A stretch of DNA of 62,925 nucleotides, the filler included. It is 3 parts of 3 records of this genome, joined end to end, with 100 filler letters (N's around TTAATTAATTAA, not from the genome) between each part and the next. Parts side by side here need not be neighbours in the genome. Positions count along the whole stretch, not along the records: positions 47,091 to 62,925 come from DRR723986_31541; 2 more parts are not named here. The stretch is one strand, 5' to 3'. Shown piece after piece: positions 60,949 to 62,925 of this stretch (position 1 is the stretch's first letter; each line of letters starts with the position of its first letter). A model generated the notes under the pieces. It did not search any database, had not been told where the DNA came from, and worked only from the letters and a program-made list of their open reading frames with translations. A program made the translations under genes and the position numbers.

Positions 60949-62070
60949 GTGAACTTAAGAAATAGAATACTAAACTTTGAACACTGGATATCTTCTGACT
61001 TCAAACTTGACGAACCAGTTATATATCAGCGAGAACTAATGAAACTGTTCTCGGAAAACAAAGAAGCTTTTGCTTATTATAGAAATTGGTTGTTTACTTT
61101 ACTACTAAACAGTGACGAGCAAGAGGCACTTAGCGAATTCAAGAATATTTTAGATTTTAAAGTTGGTACTTCAAAACACGACCAACTATTAAAGCATTTT
61201 CTGGAGAACAACTCATCTGAAATATTCTCTCAAAAAAGATTTAACACCTTTGAAATTGCATTGCAAGCGCCGAATTCTAATTTAAACCAAAACACTTGTT
61301 TTCTATATCAACAATATTACGAAATAGAAATTCTTTTTATGGTTCTATACTCATTCATTACTCTAAACGAAAGTGATACAATTGAAACGGACTTAAACAA
61401 ATTTAAAGACAGAAGTGGGAGATTAAAAAAAGGTGTTTTGATAGACAATCTAAAATCCAAACTAAGACCTTACCCTCTAACTCATAAATTATTTGAAGCT
61501 GCATACAATCCAAAAATTCGAAATATTATTGGACACAACAACTATAAAATTGTAGTAGATGCAATTGAGTCGTTAGAAGATAGAAATATTAAACTGAGTA
61601 AACTTGAAGTTTTTAAGTCGATTTACTCAATACAAAGCCTCAATAACTACTTACTAAATTATTTTTCAAGTAAAAGCATTCTAAATGATGATTTACAAAA
61701 TGCAGGTATATTAGGAATGGCTTTTGGTTTAGAAAAGGAACGTCCTGTCCTCAGTATATTTCAACTAAATAATTTCTATCATTTAGGTGATTTTCAATGG
61801 GCAGATAAAATAATTTTCAGCATACGCAATAACGAATTAGAGACAGACTTTGGATTTCAGTCTCCTATGATTGGACCATACTCAGTGGAGTTGGATCAAA
61901 TATGGTTTAATCCTTTAAGAGAAATAAAAAAGCTAAGAATTTATTTAACCCCAATAGTTCCAAGGGATGAAGAAGATGATTTTATCACCTTAGATGTTGG
62001 AGAATTTGTTGTTTCAGAAGTCGGAAAACCAATAGATTTAGAGTATGAAATAAATAAATATGAGCCATAA
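60949..62070 (+). CDS. Cassette-borne hypothetical protein with HEPN-like RxxxxH motif
   Basis: 373-aa AT-rich ORF with IRNIIGHNNY; stop codon lies inside the TGAGCCATAAC box. Confidence 0.65.
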   Translation: MNLRNRILNFEHWISSDFKLDEPVIYQRELMKLFSENKEAFAYYRNWLFTLLLNSDEQEALSEFKNILDFKVGTSKHDQLLKHFLENNSSEIFSQKRFNTFEIALQAPNSNLNQNTCFLYQQYYEIEILFMVLYSFITLNESDTIETDLNKFKDRSGRLKKGVLIDNLKSKLRPYPLTHKLFEAAYNPKIRNIIGHNNYKIVVDAIESLEDRNIKLSKLEVFKSIYSIQSLNNYLLNYFSSKSILNDDLQNAGILGMAFGLEKERPVLSIFQLNNFYHLGDFQWADKIIFSIRNNELETDFGFQSPMIGPYSVELDQIWFNPLREIKKLRIYLTPIVPRDEEDDFITLDVGEFVVSEVGKPIDLEYEINKYEP

Positions 62071-62194
62071 CAGGCGTTTAGCTCAATGGCGGGGACTTGG
62101 TTAATTGAACATTCTACTCGCATCAACTTTGGTGGTGAATTAAAAGTTTTGTGCTCCGATATCCGCCACTGCGTCAAGCGACAAAACGTTTGCA
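62061..62194 (+). mobile_element. attC-like long imperfect palindrome (cassette boundary)
   Basis: Starts ...CCATAAC and ends AC|GTT; arms CGTTTAGCTCAATGGCGG / CCGCCACTGCGTCAAGCG; inner AACTTT/AAAGTT stem. Confidence 0.65.
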
Positions 62195-62236
62195 ACAAGC
62201 TGGAAAAACCACAGCAATTAATTTTAAAATAAAATT

Positions 62237-62509
62237 ATGATAAAAAATGAACAGAAATATTTAGCATGGATTGAAAAAAATGGTGTTGGAAAAAATGATT
62301 ATGTTGCCTCTTCAACCAAATCCTATATTTCATATTTGAACACTGTTTCTAAACTTATTGGAGAAGATATATCTGAAAAAAATCTTTTTAACGAAAATTG
62401 TGTAAATGAAATAGCCGATAAACTGAATGATTTAAGAAGTCCCAAATCAATTTCAAATTATAAATCTGCTTTGAAACAATATGCTCAAATGGTAGAAAAA
62501 AGATTTTAA
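62237..62509 (+). CDS. Small helical protein, possibly integrase N-terminal/SAM-like domain
   Basis: 90 aa; STKSYISYL and SPKSISNYKSAL resemble the two 'T..Y...L' helices of core-binding domains. Confidence 0.55.
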   Translation: MIKNEQKYLAWIEKNGVGKNDYVASSTKSYISYLNTVSKLIGEDISEKNLFNENCVNEIADKLNDLRSPKSISNYKSALKQYAQMVEKRF

Positions 62510-62513
62510 AGAA

Positions 62514-62876
62514 TTGAAAATTTTATACAAAATATCTTAAATAATCCTAAATCTACTATTAAGTTGTGGAGTCAAAGAAATGGAATTTGAAAAGTCTAAA
62601 TGGTATGAGAGATTTGACTGATTTTATGAATATCGAGAAAACATGGTTCAAGACTTAATGGAAAATCACCTTGTAATAGGAATGGAATTAAAAAAAGTCG
62701 TTGAATTGTTAGGAGAACCTGAAAATTATCAAAACAAAAAAGATAACGAAATTACTTATGAGATAATGGTTGATTATGGTTAAAACATTGACCCAATGGA
62801 AGGAAAAGAATTGTATATAGAATTTGACAAAGATTCAACTGTAATTGATTTTAGATTAGAACATTGGGGTAAGTAA
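62514..62876 (+). pseudogene. Decayed SmpA/BamE-like lipoprotein gene
   Basis: One frame reads MKILYKIS*IILNLLLSCGVKEMEFEKSKWYERFD*FYEYRENMVQDL...GMELKKVVELLGEP...YG*NIDP...HWGK with stops at 62538, 62619 and 62781. Confidence 0.7.
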
Positions 62877-62883
62877 AAAAAAG

Positions 62884-62925
62884 CCAGTTGCCAATACCGT
62901 ATATAATTTATTGCTAGTTCTAGCC
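62884..62925 (+). mobile_element. Start of the next attC-like site (truncated by window end)
   Basis: CCAGTTGCCAATACCG right after the pseudogene stop; partly complementary to GTTTGCAACAAGCTGG at 62188-62203. Confidence 0.5.

Noticed and set aside
61941-62198. 85-aa minus-strand ORF
   Set aside because: Antisense to the cassette gene and spans the attC-like palindrome; a shadow ORF.

Overview
This window is chromosomal DNA from a Bacteroidota bacterium. The protein set, TAnnTTTG promoters and lipoprotein signals suggest Cyclobacteriaceae/Algoriphagus-like, which is an inference. It consists of three contigs joined by N-padded TTAATTAATTAA linkers (22204-22303 and 46991-47090). Most of it is housekeeping and metabolic: PhoH, a LytS/LytTR pair, uvrA, GGGP synthase, panD/panC/glgA-like/DUF4270/glmS, a Tat-exported Ior-type molybdoenzyme with IscS/MocA/XdhC, CE15/GH36-like enzymes, peptidases, Kef, two MATE pumps, kynA and gcdH. 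Four signals stand out. (1) At 60880-62925 there is an AT-rich, integron-like gene-cassette array with no integrase in view. Units are bracketed by mutually complementary GTT.../...AAC boxes and separated by long attC-like hairpins, and they carry a HEPN-motif protein, a small integrase-N-like protein and a decayed lipoprotein gene. (2) A dispersed ~110-nt element, probably a structured minus-strand RNA, occurs in four copies, two of them at contig starts. (3) Inverted arrays of degenerate 7/8-mers sit at gene 3' ends. (4) A coupled GAPFWFD-membrane protein and SH3-like/YdjC deacetylase pair is present, as well as a serine-less ACP-like protein. All product calls come from motif recognition by eye, with no database searches.
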